NCBI RefSeq assembly: GCF_006345805.1
Contig: NC_043001.1
Span: forward strand, 1,364,001 to 1,428,000
DNA: 64,000 nucleotides
Reading direction: 5' to 3'
Source: Octopus sinensis
Taxonomy: Eukaryota
Part shown: piece by piece, positions 39,581 through 53,899 of the stretch
Layout: each line of letters begins with the position of its first letter
How positions within the stretch are numbered: the stretch's first letter is position 1
The notes under the pieces: generated by a model
The model's database searches: none
What the model was told of the DNA's origin: nothing
Seen by the model: only the letters and a program-made list of their open reading frames with translations
Position numbers and translations under genes: made by a program

Positions 39581-40159
39581 TCAAAAGTTAGACAGAGAAG
39601 GGAAAAATGGACGAAAATTGAACGAAAACATAACGGAGAGAAAAGGGAGACAAAAACAGGAGACAAGGAACATTCTTTGCAACTGACTTTATAGGATCTG
39701 GCAAACCCTTTCCATGGCTTCATAACGAAATAAGTATCAGAATGAAATAATTCCTGGAGTCAATATTATTCCTGAAGCCCTTCAGCTTCCATCTTTAACA
39801 GAGATGCACCTCTATGATATCTATCTATCTATCTCTCTTTCTTTCTTTCTTTCTTTCTATCTGTCTGTCTGTCTGTCTGTCTAGCTATCTCTTTTGGATG
39901 ACACCCTTTCAGTGACCATCTCCCCTGGGTTTGACTTTTGGAAAAAAAACTAGTGACATCCAAGAGTAGTGCCCCTTGCTTTCTTGTTTCCTTTATGTGA
40001 CTTTGTGAATTTCTGTGGTTCTTTGTGTTTTCATCCAAAATGGAGATGAACACCATCCCTCCATGGGACTGGCTTGAAAAACTGTTAAGGTATTACTATA
40101 TTTTTCTTAACATGAACCAATGCTATTCTTAATACATAAATAAATACATATACATATAT

Positions 40160-40224
<65 letters not shown>

Positions 40225-40628
40225 CACATGCACACACATATATACATATACATCACCACCACCATCATCATCATCATTTAGTGCCCAACTCCCATGCCAA
40301 CATGAAAGATGGACATTAAATGATGTGTATATGTGTGCATGTATGAGTACAGACACACATACACACACACCACACATATATGAAATACATCTGTCTATAT
40401 CTTATATCCACCCAACTCTCTCCTTCTCCCTCTCTTTCTCTCTATATATGTGTGTGTGTGTATATATATGTATGTATATATATGTGTATATATGTGTGCG
40501 TATATATATATATTTGTGTCTGTATATATATAAATGTGTATATCTATAAATGTGTATATATATATATATATATAAATGTATATAAAATCTTAAATAGCTT
40601 GGTATAGATAAATATATGTAAATGTATC

Positions 40629-40663
<35 letters not shown>

Positions 40664-40919
40664 AAATTGATAACAGATGTATAATTTATTGCAAAGTGTT
40701 TATCACATTCCATTAAGTAAAAATGAAAAATGAAAAAGGAAAAACATTTAAAAATTACAATAAACAGGAAAAATAGAAGACATAAAGAAAATTGTTGTTA
40801 AAAATTCGTCATCTATATTCTCCAAATAAAGTATATTAACCCCAAGAAAAATAAAAATATTTGTATAATTAAAACAAAAACTAAAGTTGTTTCAAAATCA
40901 ATGAAACTAAATAAAACTG

Positions 40920-40930
40920 AATAATAATAA

Positions 40931-40977
<47 letters not shown>
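40920..40977. repeat. (AAT)n microsatellite
   Basis: Direct reading. Confidence 0.95.
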
Positions 40978-41219
40978 GCAAAGAATGTATACAATAACAG
41001 TATAGCAAAGTCATTGAAAGAGGCAAATTTTAAAGCAGCCTTCCAGCTGTGACCAAATACATTAGCTTAATCAATGTGTGTGTGTTTGTGTGTGTGTAGT
41101 ATTTAAATATACACTGTATATTCACTACTTCTCCCCATCTATAAACACAAATACTCGCTGATCCACACACACACACACATTTATATATGTGTGTATATAT
41201 ATATATACACATACATATA

Positions 41220-41264
<45 letters not shown>

Positions 41265-42289
41265 GTATGTGTATATGTGTGTGTTTGTATATATATATAT
41301 ATATGTGTATATACTCACACACATGCGTATATATCTATCAGTTTATTTGTTTATCTCTGTGTTATTTTGTGTGTGTGTGTGTGTGTGTATGCGTGTGTGT
41401 GTGTGTGTGTGCATACATACATGCATTTTTCCTCTGATATATAATTACGTTTGGATATTTAAAGTGAAGAGAAATAATGAAATAAAGAGGAAAGTGTTTA
41501 CATAGTTAAATGTTGTAATTATAGATGAAATTAATTATTTTGATTTGATTTTTCAGTTTAATTAAATCATGTCTCCCATTTGTGGGGTGGGGCTGATAAA
41601 ATGCATTCATATTAAACAAATTCAATATTTTTCATTCCATGCTCTTATTAAATTCTTATGGTAGCAAATCCAGGACTTGAATTTATACCAATTTTAAAAG
41701 GTCTCATCTATATCTTTAACCACTTATATACCCTTTATACTCTTTATAAACCACTCTATCAGCTCCATCCCTATGTATCCTAGGGGAAGGTCTTAATCTC
41801 ATCCTTTGAAATTAAACCCACAAGTTTTCTTTACCCTCTCTTATTAACCCCTCATTTTAGTTTTTCTTGCTTTTATCCTTTCCCCTAACTCTGTTTGTTT
41901 CTAAACAGGCACCCAAAACCAACATAAAATTTTTTTTTTTTTTCTCTTATCTTACTTTTCAACACATATTACAGTATTATGCTCTGCAAATATAGCATAA
42001 ACCCATACATATATATTGTATATATATATATATATATAATTTCAAAATGAGTCAATGACACAATTTCTTGAAGGCACAGGTTTCAGCTGTGTATGTATCA
42101 TATAGAAGACAGCGGAGTACAGTAAATAGGATTTGTTCTGAATCGTTTATATTGTGAAGTCAAAGTCGTCAAAACTTATTGGGTTATGAAGCACAAGATC
42201 TGATTCCATTTCAATCAAATACATAAGTTAATCTCATTCTAAAGAACTGGATTTGTCATGGGTGAAATGTTTGTGATTGGACAAGGATG

Positions 42290-42445
42290 GTCAACAAGGC
42301 TTAAGAAGTTCATTTTGCAATCATAAGGTGCTGGTTTCAATCCTGCTGTGTGGTAGCTTTAACAAGTGTCTTTCTCCACAGCTTTAAGCTGATCCAAGCC
42401 TTGTAAGTGAAATTGGGGAGATGGAAATGGTGTGGAAGCACATAG
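42290..42445 (+). mobile_element. Degenerate SINE 5' part
   Basis: ggtttcaatcc B-box-like, caagtgtctttct, aagccttgtaagtgaaattgg. Similar decayed copies lie at ~6150-6300, 23010-23170, 27285-27420 and 31350-31500. Confidence 0.6.
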
Positions 42446-43523
42446 CAGCTACATCACAAGAAGGATATGATGGGCATGGCTGGAATAACTTTGATCAAAG
42501 ATTTACTCAGGCAGGGCTAACCTTGGGCTAAACAACAAGTTGTTTAAGGTAATCTACAAACACTAAACCCCTAACAACTGAGAATTAATTAAGCTGAAAA
42601 TATGATTGGTAATTTGAATGTAATTAACTATTGATACACTAAGTAGTTTGTTATTGAACCATAGACCAAATCTCTTGTAGCAGTACAAGTTTTAGCCAAC
42701 ACTAATTGATACACAAGGTTTAATTGGATACACAAGGTAAAAACATACTGCTTAGCATATCAATAATTAATGAATTGATTAAACTAGTTGCCAACACTAC
42801 GCTATTTATGCAAATTGGGTTTTCCGGTTTAGTAACGTATTTAATTGTAGTGATTGTTTTCATATTATATATGTATGTATGAATGTCCCAGCATGGCCAC
42901 AGTCCAAAGATTGAAATGAGTAAAAAGAAACAAGTTTGTATGTATGGTGTCTCTCTAGACAGACAACAGGTAAGTTCTTAGTTCCTGATGAGCATCCCAA
43001 ATAAGACCATAACAATTTAGACTGATTTCTCCTTTTCTAACCATGGACAGATTGTACAGGCATCATTTGTTTGCCTGAAACTAGCATATCTCAATTACAC
43101 ACACAATTTTGGATAAATCTCATGCTTCTGCAATGGATTTACAGGAAATGTGAGACCAGGCTGTTAGAGTGCAGGGCTTACAATGGTAAGTTTGTGTGTC
43201 TGGTTCCTGAAGTGATGAAACATGTGTTGTTTCTTTAAGCAAAGCATTTCATTTGTCATTGATCCAGTCAACTCAGCTGTCAATAGAGACCACCTAAGGC
43301 CTAGTGTTGACCTCCATCTGTTTCCGGTTTGCTCATACTCAATGCTTCTCAGCCTCCACAGTGAGACAGGCTAAGAGAATGTCTATGTCATCTTTCAACT
43401 CACAGTAACCTAATACATTTAACACAAGCGTGGTACATTCTATCAATCATGCCCACCACTGATGGCTGGCTGTACTCTGTATATTACAGAACAAACATTG
43501 TAACAAATGCGTGTATATATATA

Positions 43524-43555
<32 letters not shown>

Positions 43556-43572
43556 CATACATACATATATAA

Positions 43573-43889
43573 ATTGTTGTGTTTAGGAATGGTCATTTTG
43601 CCAGTTTAGCCAATAAAAACACATGCACTATATATTGGGTGTTACTTTGCTTCAGCTTTATTTTATTTTTTATATTAATCTTATTTTGGTCAGAGTTCTT
43701 TCGTCACACTTCTGTGACCTCATCAGTGGTCCTTTGCTTTCTTCTTTCTTATTTGTGTGTCTCTCCTTACTACCGGTCAGCCATTTTGTATTTTGTATTC
43801 CTATTGTATTGGCTAAACTGGCAAAATGACCATTCCTAAATACAACAATATCTGTTTCAACACACGATTTCACATCAAAAATCTTGCAA

Positions 43890-43895
<6 letters not shown>
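43573..43895 (-). mobile_element. Head-to-head foldback element with hammerhead motif, inside (TA)n
   Basis: 43-bp inverted arms 43573-43615 / 43807-43849 (1 mismatch); TA runs on both flanks. Confidence 0.8.
43688..43732 (-). ncRNA. Type I hammerhead ribozyme-like motif (canonical CUGAUGA core)
   Basis: Minus strand: ggacca-CTGATGA-g-gtcaca(gaag)tgtgac-GAAA-gaac-T-C-tgacc. Helix I is imperfect. Confidence 0.72.
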
Positions 43896-43926
<31 letters not shown>

Positions 43927-44444
43927 CCATATCCCTGTGTTGACCAAATCATCAGATACTGTTATACACTGCTTTTCACAATGAGCTTCTTAAGGATTGC
44001 TTGGGGAATATTTATTTTAAAAATTTAGCATCTCATCAAGGGGTATCACTAGAACATCATCATCATCAGTGGTCATTCCTTGTTTCTGAATATTTTCTTC
44101 TTATTTTGTCTTATATTTTATTTTGGTATTTCTGGAGAACCAGCCACCAGGCACATTGTACCACTGTACCTTAAGAGGTACAAAGCCCTCAATGAGCTCA
44201 AAGTAAGAATTAGAACTCAATAACATGGGAATTCAGGAACCTAAATCTCTGAACTTGCAATCAAGTTTTAGTCCTCAGTTCTTTTGGTTTTACATCATAT
44301 TCACCAATATAATCTCTACCCTTCGGTATTACCCAACAGAATATGGTATAGAACATTTTGGGAAGAGAATCCTTTCTCACACTGGCACCAAAGTCACAGG
44401 TTTTTATGGAACTGGTTTTTGATGTCCATTTACTTCATTGGACA

Positions 44445-44738
44445 GAAAATAAAGGAAATCTCAAACACAGGATGGTAGTAAAACAGTATAGAAGATCAGG
44501 TAAATACCCTTAGACGACAGAAATACCCTTAGAAAAGCAGGTAAGTAGGTTTAGAAGACAGAAAAAGTGGTTAGCAAGCCCCTACAGAGAATCAAACCTT
44601 GTACCACTCGATTCTCTGTAGCAGCTTCCTGCCCACTTTTTCTGATCTTCTAAGGGTATTTCTGTCTTTTCAGAGTATTTACCTGATCATCTCAGCTATT
44701 TTCACCAGTATCCTGCATTTGAGATTGCCTTTATTTTC
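44445..44738. mobile_element. MITE-like palindromic foldback (~290 bp)
   Basis: Ends gaaaataaagg / cctttattttc; arms pair along most of their length; central stem ctacagagaatc (44582-44593) / gattctctgtag (44610-44621). Confidence 0.75.
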
Positions 44739-45525
44739 AGTAAAATACCGACTCATTTGGCGCTGCTAAGTTTGTTTATAAAAAAGTGTTCTTTCTTCAT
44801 CGGACAGTTTAACAAGATCTGACAGATCCAAAGACTGTATCATATTCCTGGTGATTTTTTGGCAATGCCACTAGAAGGGACTGAACTCACAACATAAAGA
44901 ATTGTAACTAAATACCCCCTAAATCAAGCCATCACTCTTCATTATGGAACATAATTATAACACGGGAAAATATTATAAAATAAATCCACCAAAATCTGAC
45001 AAATTCTTCCAAACTGCTTCATCTTTCAATGCCATCTTCAGCTGTCTGAACATCTCTTGTAATTTTGGTGGTGCCAGCTGGGGCAGTCACTCCTGTAAAT
45101 TAGTGAAACTTTTTACCTTTGCCCCACCTCAACTACAGTCATCATCATCATCATCCTAACCATTATTCTTCTCCTCTTCCTTCCTCATTTCCCAAACTAT
45201 AAACTCTCACAATCTACAACAATCTTTCTTCCTCTTGTATTTCCTTTTCCCTGCTTCAAGCTCTGCAACTGACAAATCGCTCCCCCACCTCTTCCCACCT
45301 CTCCCACCTCTTCACATTCAAAATGGCTGTCAGCTCTGTTTGTTGAGATTTGAGAGACAAACGTCACATGTCTGTGCTGTGAAGTCTTGGCTGAAATTGG
45401 CACCTTTCAATAGACTCCCCCAGTTTTTATCTGTGCAGATCTCTTCCACATATGTTTATGTGTATGTATGTTTATATATACATATATATATATTAGAAGA
45501 AATAAGGTACTCAGAAATACATAAA

Positions 45526-45579
<54 letters not shown>

Positions 45580-45682
45580 CACGCATGTATGGAAAAATAT
45601 GCATGCTTTTATACATCCCCCTCCTCATCATCATCATCTCCTCCTCCTCTTTTAACATTCATTTTCAATGGCAGCATATGTA

Positions 45683-47240
45683 TCATCATCATTTAACGTC
45701 CGCTTTCCATGCTAGCATGGGTTGGATGGTTTGACTGTGGGCTGGCGAACCAGATAGCTGCACCAGGCTCCAGTCTTCATCTAGCAGAGTTTCTACAGCT
45801 GGATTCCCTTCCAAACATCAATCACTCCGAGAGTGTAGTGGGTGCTTTTATGTGCCACTGGCACGGAAGCCAGTTAGCCACTCTGTCAACGATCATGCTC
45901 ATATGGTGCTCGTGCCCGTCATCGAATTTCACTTTGATTTTGATTTCGATTTCACTTGCCTCAACAGGTCTTCGCAAGCAGAGTTTAGTGTCCAAAGAAG
46001 GAAAAGGTACGCACAAGTGGGCTGGTTACACCCCTGGCACAGGTCACGAGGTTATGGTCTTATTTGGCTTGCCGGGTCCTCTCAAACACAGCATATTTTC
46101 AAAGGTCTCGGTCACTAGTCATTTCCTTGGTGAGGCCTAAAGTTCGAAGGTCATGTTTCACCACTTCATCCCATGTCTTCCTTGGTCTACCTCTTCCACA
46201 GGTTCCCTCAACCTCTAGGGTGTGGCACTTTTTCACACAGCTATCCTCATCCATTCTCGCTACATGACCATACCAGTGCAGTCGTCTCTCTTGCACACCA
46301 CATCTGATGCTTCTTAGGTCCAACTTTTCTCTCAAGGTACTTACACTCTTTTGAGTATGCACACTGACATTACACATCCATCGGATCATACTGGCTTCAT
46401 TCCTTGTGAGCTTACGCATGTCCTCAGCAGTCACAGCCCATGTTTCACTGCCATGTAGCATGGCTGTTCGTACACATGCATCATACAGTCTGCCTTTTAC
46501 TCTGTGCGAGAGGCTCTTTGTCACCAGCAGAGGTAAGAGCTCTCTGAACTTTGCCCAGGCTATTCTTATTCTAGCAGCTACACTTTCAGAGCACCCTCCC
46601 CCACTACTGACTTAGTCACCTAGGTAACGGAGCCTATCAACTACTTCTAGTTTTTCTCCCTGGAATGTGGCGGAAGTTGTTCTCTGTGCATTGTCAGCAT
46701 TTATTGCACCCAAGCATCTGCCACATACAAAAACTATCTTCCCAGTTAGCCCTCCTTTGATATTACTGCGCCTCTTATGTGTCCACAGCTTACACTGGGT
46801 ACATCTTATAGAGTTTCTATCTACACCTCTACTACAGATCTATCAGGGCCATCTACCTGAAGGGATTTGTGGTTTGCCTGCCTTACTACTTATTAGGACT
46901 TTGGTTTTTGTTAGGTTGACTCTAAGGCCATTTGATTCTAATCCTTGCTTCCACACTTGAAACTTCTCCTCTAGTTCTGATAGTAACTCAGCAATTAGAG
47001 CAAGGTCATCAGCATAGAGAGGCTCCCAGGGGCATCCCGTCTTGAATTCCTCTGTTATCGCCTAGAGGACTATGATAAATAGGAGGGGGCTGAGGACCCC
47101 TACCTCTACACTGAATTCTTCAGTGTACCTGTTGCCAACCCTCACCTTCCTTATAGCGTCCCTGTACATGGCTTTCACAGCTCTCACTAACCATTTATTG
47201 ATCCCTAGTTTCCTCATTGGCCACCAGATAGGGGATCGGG
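45683..47240 (-). mobile_element. 5'-truncated RTE LINE, longest copy, with stops and deletions
   Basis: Minus frames give IWWPMRKLG, VLSPLLFIIVL, LYADDLALIAE, the PHD-type insert and ORF 46099-46524, then the 3' UTR and (gat)n. Confidence 0.95.
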
Positions 47241-49249
47241 ATATGTATATACATATGTGTAGGTGTATACATATATAACTCTAGGTTATCAATCTCTCAT
47301 CGATCCCTTTGCTGGTGGGATGCTGTACAACTGGTTATGTTTCATCCCTCAGTGCAGATGCATCTTCTCAGGTGATGTTACAAAAGGTATCCCTTTTAAT
47401 AAACTGTTTTGCATGGATTTAATACAGCATGTTGTTAGTGGCTGTATGTTTAAGCCATTAGGCAGGAATAGTGAGGGACAGATTCCGTTGTGGCTTTATA
47501 GAAAAAGACAGGGTCTAATTATGAAAAGCAAGATGAAAAACAACACATACAATAAAGTAAAATATTATTTGTTATTAGTATCCACATCTAGTTACTTCTG
47601 TACCTACACTAGCTGTTCTATGTACACCCCACTCCCATATGCAGATTTATATATATATATATATCACACAAACATATACAAAATTTAAAAAGATAAAAAT
47701 ATTAATTTCAGTTTTGTTAATTTATTTCTTCTAAATATTTGTTTTTAATTTTACTGAAACTGTTTGATAAAGTCCATAATGTCACAGTTATAAACAAAAT
47801 TAAATTAAAACCTGAACAGAATAAGTCTAAACACACAATAAAAATTAAAGAAATGTAAACAACTACAGAGGAAAACTCTGTAACTGTGACAAATTGTTGT
47901 TGTTGTTGTTAAGCTGTATAGCCCTAGGTCAACGTGTTTGAGTAGACTATGATCAAAGGTACTGTAATTATGTCTTTTTTTTTCAGGCATTGTTTATCTG
48001 AGACTAAATTATCAAATATGTCCATCCCTTTTATTTTACAGTAGGTTGTGAGATGAGGAAGATCTAACTGTTGTTTCTAACACCAGTTAGAAAAAAACCC
48101 AACAAAGATGAAAAAGACAGAAAACCCTACAAAGAGCTGTTAACTTATGGAACGTGTAATAAAAGTGACACACAAGAAGATCAGAAACGGTACAGTGCAT
48201 TCTCTCTTGATGACCTATAAACTTAGTAGCACCCGGTACACAAAGCATTTGAACCGGTAGCACTTGCAGCTGAAAGTTGTTTGCAAAAAATCTATGAAGA
48301 CATCAGTCAATGTTGGTCCATTGCAATTTTTTGCCACGCATTTTACACACACCATTGCTGTATGGCAGGCCTTGGCCTCATTTCCTCACTGATGACCAGA
48401 GCACTTTTACAGGCTTGTGCTGAGTTTTTTGAAAGTTAAGCCTTATTTTTATTTTATCCATCACATTGCAAAAGAAGAGCAGGAAAAGTGGTCTTTATTT
48501 ATAGCAGACATTTTGAAAGAACTCTTGTTGTGTGCATGACTCTGACTTCCAGCAAAAATATTGGCATTTTGTGTCTGTTTTCTATGTTGGCAAAAGCTGG
48601 ACAATTTGAGAGGTTCTTCTGGGTGGAAGAATCATATTTGACTCCAGTGATTCAGTTTTGGATGCATTTCCTAGCATTAACCACTTTACAAAGTGTATTG
48701 AGTGCAATTTTTCAGGATACCGTCACTATGGAAGTTATCCTGCCCTTCTCAACAAGACTAACGTAACCACACAAATCCTGTGTTGTCTTTGTTCAATTCA
48801 CTAATATGAAATTAATCCTTAAAATTAACACGTGGCATCAATTTCCTACTCAGAAGACAAAAGGACCACACTGCTGCTGAAGGTAAGAATATGGGGCTGA
48901 GTGATGAGTTTGGGTGAGCTGTTGAGAGAAATTACAATATGATGGAAGGGAGAGATTTACAATTGTGAGAGAGTGTTGAGGTGGGGAGAGTAATACGTGG
49001 TGAAGGAAAAGGTAAAAAAAATGACAAAATTTAGAAGTTGATGGAAGTTGTCCAAGTTAGGTGATGAAAGAAGTATTTCATAGAATTGATTTAGTTGGGC
49101 AAAAAAACAAAAAAAAAATGGAAGTCATTCTTGTGATGGTGAAGAAATTTTGTTTGATCTTGTCTTTAAATAAATGCAACAATCTTGGTGATAAAAATAC
49201 TGAGAAAAAAAACTGATTTAAAAAATGCAGACCAAATTGTTCTGTGAAA

Positions 49250-50300
49250 ACAGCTGAGATACACCAAAACAACCCTTTCATGATGTATTTGAACAAATGA
49301 AAGGATTTTTCCAAGCTCATTCAACATCAGATGAATCTACTGATTTATGTGAGAGTGTCTAGTTATATGGTCTTGTGAAAAGAATTAATGATAATGTCAG
49401 CATCTTTGAAAAGATTTCTGTTCTTCAGTTACTTTGATGAAGGGAAAGTAAATCTGAAAGATATTCTTGTAAAATCTAGAAATGCATTTTAGTGAATCCA
49501 TCAGTATTCATCGGGCAGACAAAATTCAGTCAATGATCAGGAATTGGGACTATGGCTTCTCATGAAAACCTTTTAGTTTCTTAGTGACTTACAGCTTTTA
49601 GGTTCTTCTCCACAAAAATATCTCTCTATCATACATCCAGTATCATTCTAAACAGATCGTTCTTTACTAAAATATCACTAAATTATGCATCAAGAATTAC
49701 TGTGTGAAGAAATTTCAAAACTGCAATATGTTATGCTTATGGTTGTTAAGTGGTTTATCCCTGTAGCTTTTAAACCAAGAATATGTGGCTCAAATCAGCC
49801 AGATTAGACTTCTCAGCTCTATCCACCAATGTCACACTAAAAATAACAATCATATCGTGGGAGAGCTGAACCTTAACCCTATCTCCTGATTAAAATTAAA
49901 CAATGCGAATAAATAAGCATTGCACTTAATAGAATAATCTGAATGAGAAAGAGTTGATAGATTTAGAAAAAAGAACACAGAACAGACAAACATTTTGAAA
50001 ATACTACTGAATATTTGATTTGGAGCAGGGTTTATGGACTTCTCTTGGGTGAACGTTAGCAGGTGTAAGTAGTATCTTAGAAAGCCACAGGATGGAGAAT
50101 TAATTTTCTAATTAAAATATCCCAAGCTTTGTGCAGTTGTTGAGCCAATTGTTCTACGTTTCCAAAGTTTGCATTTGGTGGAATTTTGGTTCAGTCCTGT
50201 GTATTATTTACGAAACATTTTGAACACAGCTCAAACTCACAGACTCGGAACCTGATGCTTGTGACCTCCATTGCCCACCAAACCCATCCTTTCCATTAAA
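49250..50300 (+). mobile_element. Fossil hAT (Charlie/Buster-like) transposase
   Basis: DESTDL motif at ~49330 and C-terminal KYPKL...LVE.WFS...AHQTHP (cf. HQAHPSH) at ~50115-50300; many stops. Confidence 0.65.
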
Positions 50301-53300
50301 TTCATAAGTCAAGTATTAAAGGAGCATTTTCTCACTTAAATCCTTTTATACATTCCTTAATTAGCTAGATTTTGTGATTGAATATTCAATTAATTTGTTT
50401 GGAGATAAATTAAATTTTCTTAGTGTGTGTGTGTGGACAGTATTAAGTAAAAAGCTTGAATAGCTTTCATTTAGAATCTATTGATCTTGTTCACCATTGT
50501 GATGTGCACTGGCTTTTTAAAGTTAGGTTCTTGATTGAGTTTGGAAACTGAAAACCACTGTTTATAATTTGCTAGAAGAGAAAAACACTCTCTGAATAAA
50601 ATCTGTCTTTTATACATAACAATTGTAGATTCTGGTTAGTATCTGTAGTTGATGTAACAAATGATCAGAGTGATTGAAATATGTAAGATCATCATCATCA
50701 TCATCAATTAACGTCCGTTTTCCATGCTGGCATGGGTTGGGCTGCAGGGCAAGAACTAATTGTTTTCTCCCTTAGTGACTAATATTTATACATTCAAAAT
50801 GAAATTAAAACTGCTCATCTCTCAGAAAATGAAGATTTGCACCAAATCCTACATCTAAAAGAATAGAATGAATGTAGTGAAGACCGTGGAAACTTTAAAA
50901 AATATCTTGAAAACTAAATCAGGTTCATTGCAAGAGTTATTTGAAAATCGATTTTTGCCATTTTGCTAAAAAAGAAAACTATTCATTTTATTGATCATTT
51001 GCTTTGCATACACTTTTTTAATGTTAGCATGGGTTAGATGAATATATTAATGTAGCATTGTTTTTAAAGCCAGGTGCCCTTCCTATCAATGAGTTTACCT
51101 GTCTTTTAAGTAGAGAATCTTTTTTATGTCATCAAAGAAGTAAAGTGAATGTGTGTTTTGTTGACAGGAGAAGTAACTACTGCAGCATGGGCTTGTAGTG
51201 TGCAACTTTTGTTGAGTGTAGAGTCATGTCGGGACACACTGGTGGCACACATTCGCATACGATGTTTCCCCTAGTTTCTAGTTATTGAAGTCACTCACAA
51301 AGCTTTTGTTTGGCCAGAGACTCAGCCAAAGTGCTGTGCAGTAGGACTGAACTTGAAGTCACGTTGTTAGGAAGCAAACTTCTTAACCACATAACTAGGT
51401 TTGCACTAAGTCTACTCAAATTTATAAATCCATTTCCACTTTGTGAACAAAGACAAAACATAAAATGTCTGATAATTTACAAATGGAAACTTATTGACTT
51501 GAAAACACATAATTGAAAATGAAATTTAATGAGTTTCCCTCACTTCCAAATACTGTTTTGACATGATTAATTTCCGTTGATCATTAACCTGTGAACATTC
51601 TGCAGAACTAAGAGATTTGTCCAGAGTTACATCTGTTATTTTGGAACAATGTACAGATGGAAACAAACAGTTTCCTTCATAAAAAAATCAAACAAACAGA
51701 AAACTGACAAAAGAAAAAAATGCAACGAAGTCATGATTGATTGATTGATTCAAATTTGAAGAATTCTCTGCTGCTCTTGTATCCAATTTAACTCCAGATA
51801 TTAAACAATTTGCTCAAATCAAAAGACAGACTGAAAAACAGATGCATTAAATGAGGACATTTTTAGATTACATTTTTTAAAGTTGCTTTTCATCCTGTAA
51901 AAATAGTTAATATATCTATATTGATAGATAAAGAGTTCGGCAAAGAATTCTAGATCCGAAGCTGCTTAAAGAAGCCCTGTGAGAGCTTTGGATAAAAAAA
52001 AGGACAGACCAGTGGCTTGCAGTTACTGGGATGAAAGATGAAACGTGATTGACCTCCAGCTGGATCAAATGGTTGAAGGGGGAAATTCAGGGCCAAAGCA
52101 CTGGCTGGAGTGGAATTTCTCCTCTGAAAACCTTCTGTTGTTCAGATCTCCTCAGAATTTCATATGGCTAATAATACATCGCAGAGCATCTGTGAGATCT
52201 ATTTTGGACCAAAAGAATGTGCAAGGATTGAAAAGGGTATAACACTTGCATGGTACTGAACTCATGTTTGACCAAATCTGTGTATGGAATGTCGATCAAG
52301 GGTCACTCCTGATTTCACAATAATTTTGTTATTTAGAAGTTGATCTTTCTCTCTTTCTCTCTTTCTTTTCCTTTTCAAAACAATTATTGCTATGAGATCT
52401 ACGACCATCGTCATTTTGTATGAATTGCAGTTCTACATTATGCAAGGCATACTTTTCTTATTTAAGGTATTTGAGGGACATTTGCTGCTCGTTTTAGCTG
52501 GGTTAGTGACCATATAGCAGTTCTCTGATACAAAGATGACAGGTGTAAATAACAGCCCCCTGCCATCACTAAATAACGAAGCAAAAAAATATTTTTGCTT
52601 TCCATATATGGCAGTAAGACTTGTGGAATAATCCCAACAATGCCTAAATTAAAATAGTCATTGTCTATCAATGGTAGTTTACTAGTTTCATTAACGATGC
52701 AAATTATGAGTTCCTAATTATTCATCACAATTTTGAATATTTTTCTTTATTTGTAAAGAAAATTTTGTAATTTAACAAGAAATTTAGAGAATACTATTTT
52801 CCCAAACATGGCTGTGCTTAAAAGAAAACAAACAAAAATTCCAATCAAATAAAAATAAAAAAATAAGGCAAGAAATTCAATATGGAGTTGAGATTTCTGT
52901 AAAATGCTACACAAATATATACAGACTACTGCAAACACATTCATACATATACAGATGTAAATGTACACACATATATATATATATGTATATGTGTGTGTAT
53001 ACAGACATACACACATGCACACATCTTTAGAAAATGTTTGACTTGTTCATTCCCTCAAGGAAAACAATAGCTCTTAATATGCTCTTGGTTGGAATTCCCA
53101 AGACAGAAAGCGTGGGAGTGAAAGAGAGAGAGAGAGTGGAGTATTTTATTTGTTGAAACAGCTGAAATGAGGTTGCCATTTACAAAGATGAAGAAGTGTA
53201 CATTCTTCAGCCAATTTATATTTTATTGATTCCAATAAATGTCGCTTATCTCGAACATTTCAAAGAAACATGTCAAACCTCAGGTCCCAGTTGACTGAAT

Positions 53301-53606
53301 TAATAGCAGGTGGAGTGAAGTCGGATAAAAACAGTGCACCACAAAAATAATGTTTGCAGCTGTCAACATAAAGTCTCTTTTCATTCTTTTGGGGGTAATG
53401 TATAAAAATTATTATTACTAGTTGCTTTGAATGAAGGTTTGGGTGTTGTAGCATCTCAAGAAATTTGTGTGAAAATTTAACATCATGCTTACATATTTAT
53501 TCAACAGCCTTTACATCCAGCTTGCAACAAATGTATGTGTATGTCTTTTTTTTATGTACAAAGATTTTCTTGTATATGTGTATGTATGTACATTATATAT
53601 ATATAG

Positions 53607-53875
53607 TGAAGACACATGCCCTAGTGTTTAACATGTTGCATTCATGGTTGGGAGATTGTGGTTTCAATTCCTAGTCCACATGGTGCATTGTGTTCCTGAG
53701 CAAAATACTTCATCTCATGCTGTTCTACGATCTCTCCGACACCTGACGTGTGGAACACTGTTCACCTGTACAAGTAATGGTGGGAGTGAGCTCATACATT
53801 TAATTACTATAAAAAATCATTTGGGTAGTTTGGCAAAAAAGTTGAACACTCATGTCATCTTCAACAGGAACATCC
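53607..53875 (+). mobile_element. tRNA-derived SINE
   Basis: B-box-like ggtttcaattcc; the body aligns with 11762-12045. Confidence 0.7.
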
Positions 53876-53899
53876 ATCATATATGTGTGTGTGTATATA

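Noticed and set aside
43955-44045. Minus-strand TTGATGA...GAAA...GTA
   Set aside because: Helix I and helix III do not pair convincingly.
47318-47380. Minus-strand GAAACA...CAGTTGTA resembling the 62.2-kb motif
   Set aside because: No core could be placed consistently with a helix I.
48190-48440. Possible Tc1 transposase C-terminal relic on the minus strand
   Set aside because: The resemblance is vague, with several stops and no TIR identified.
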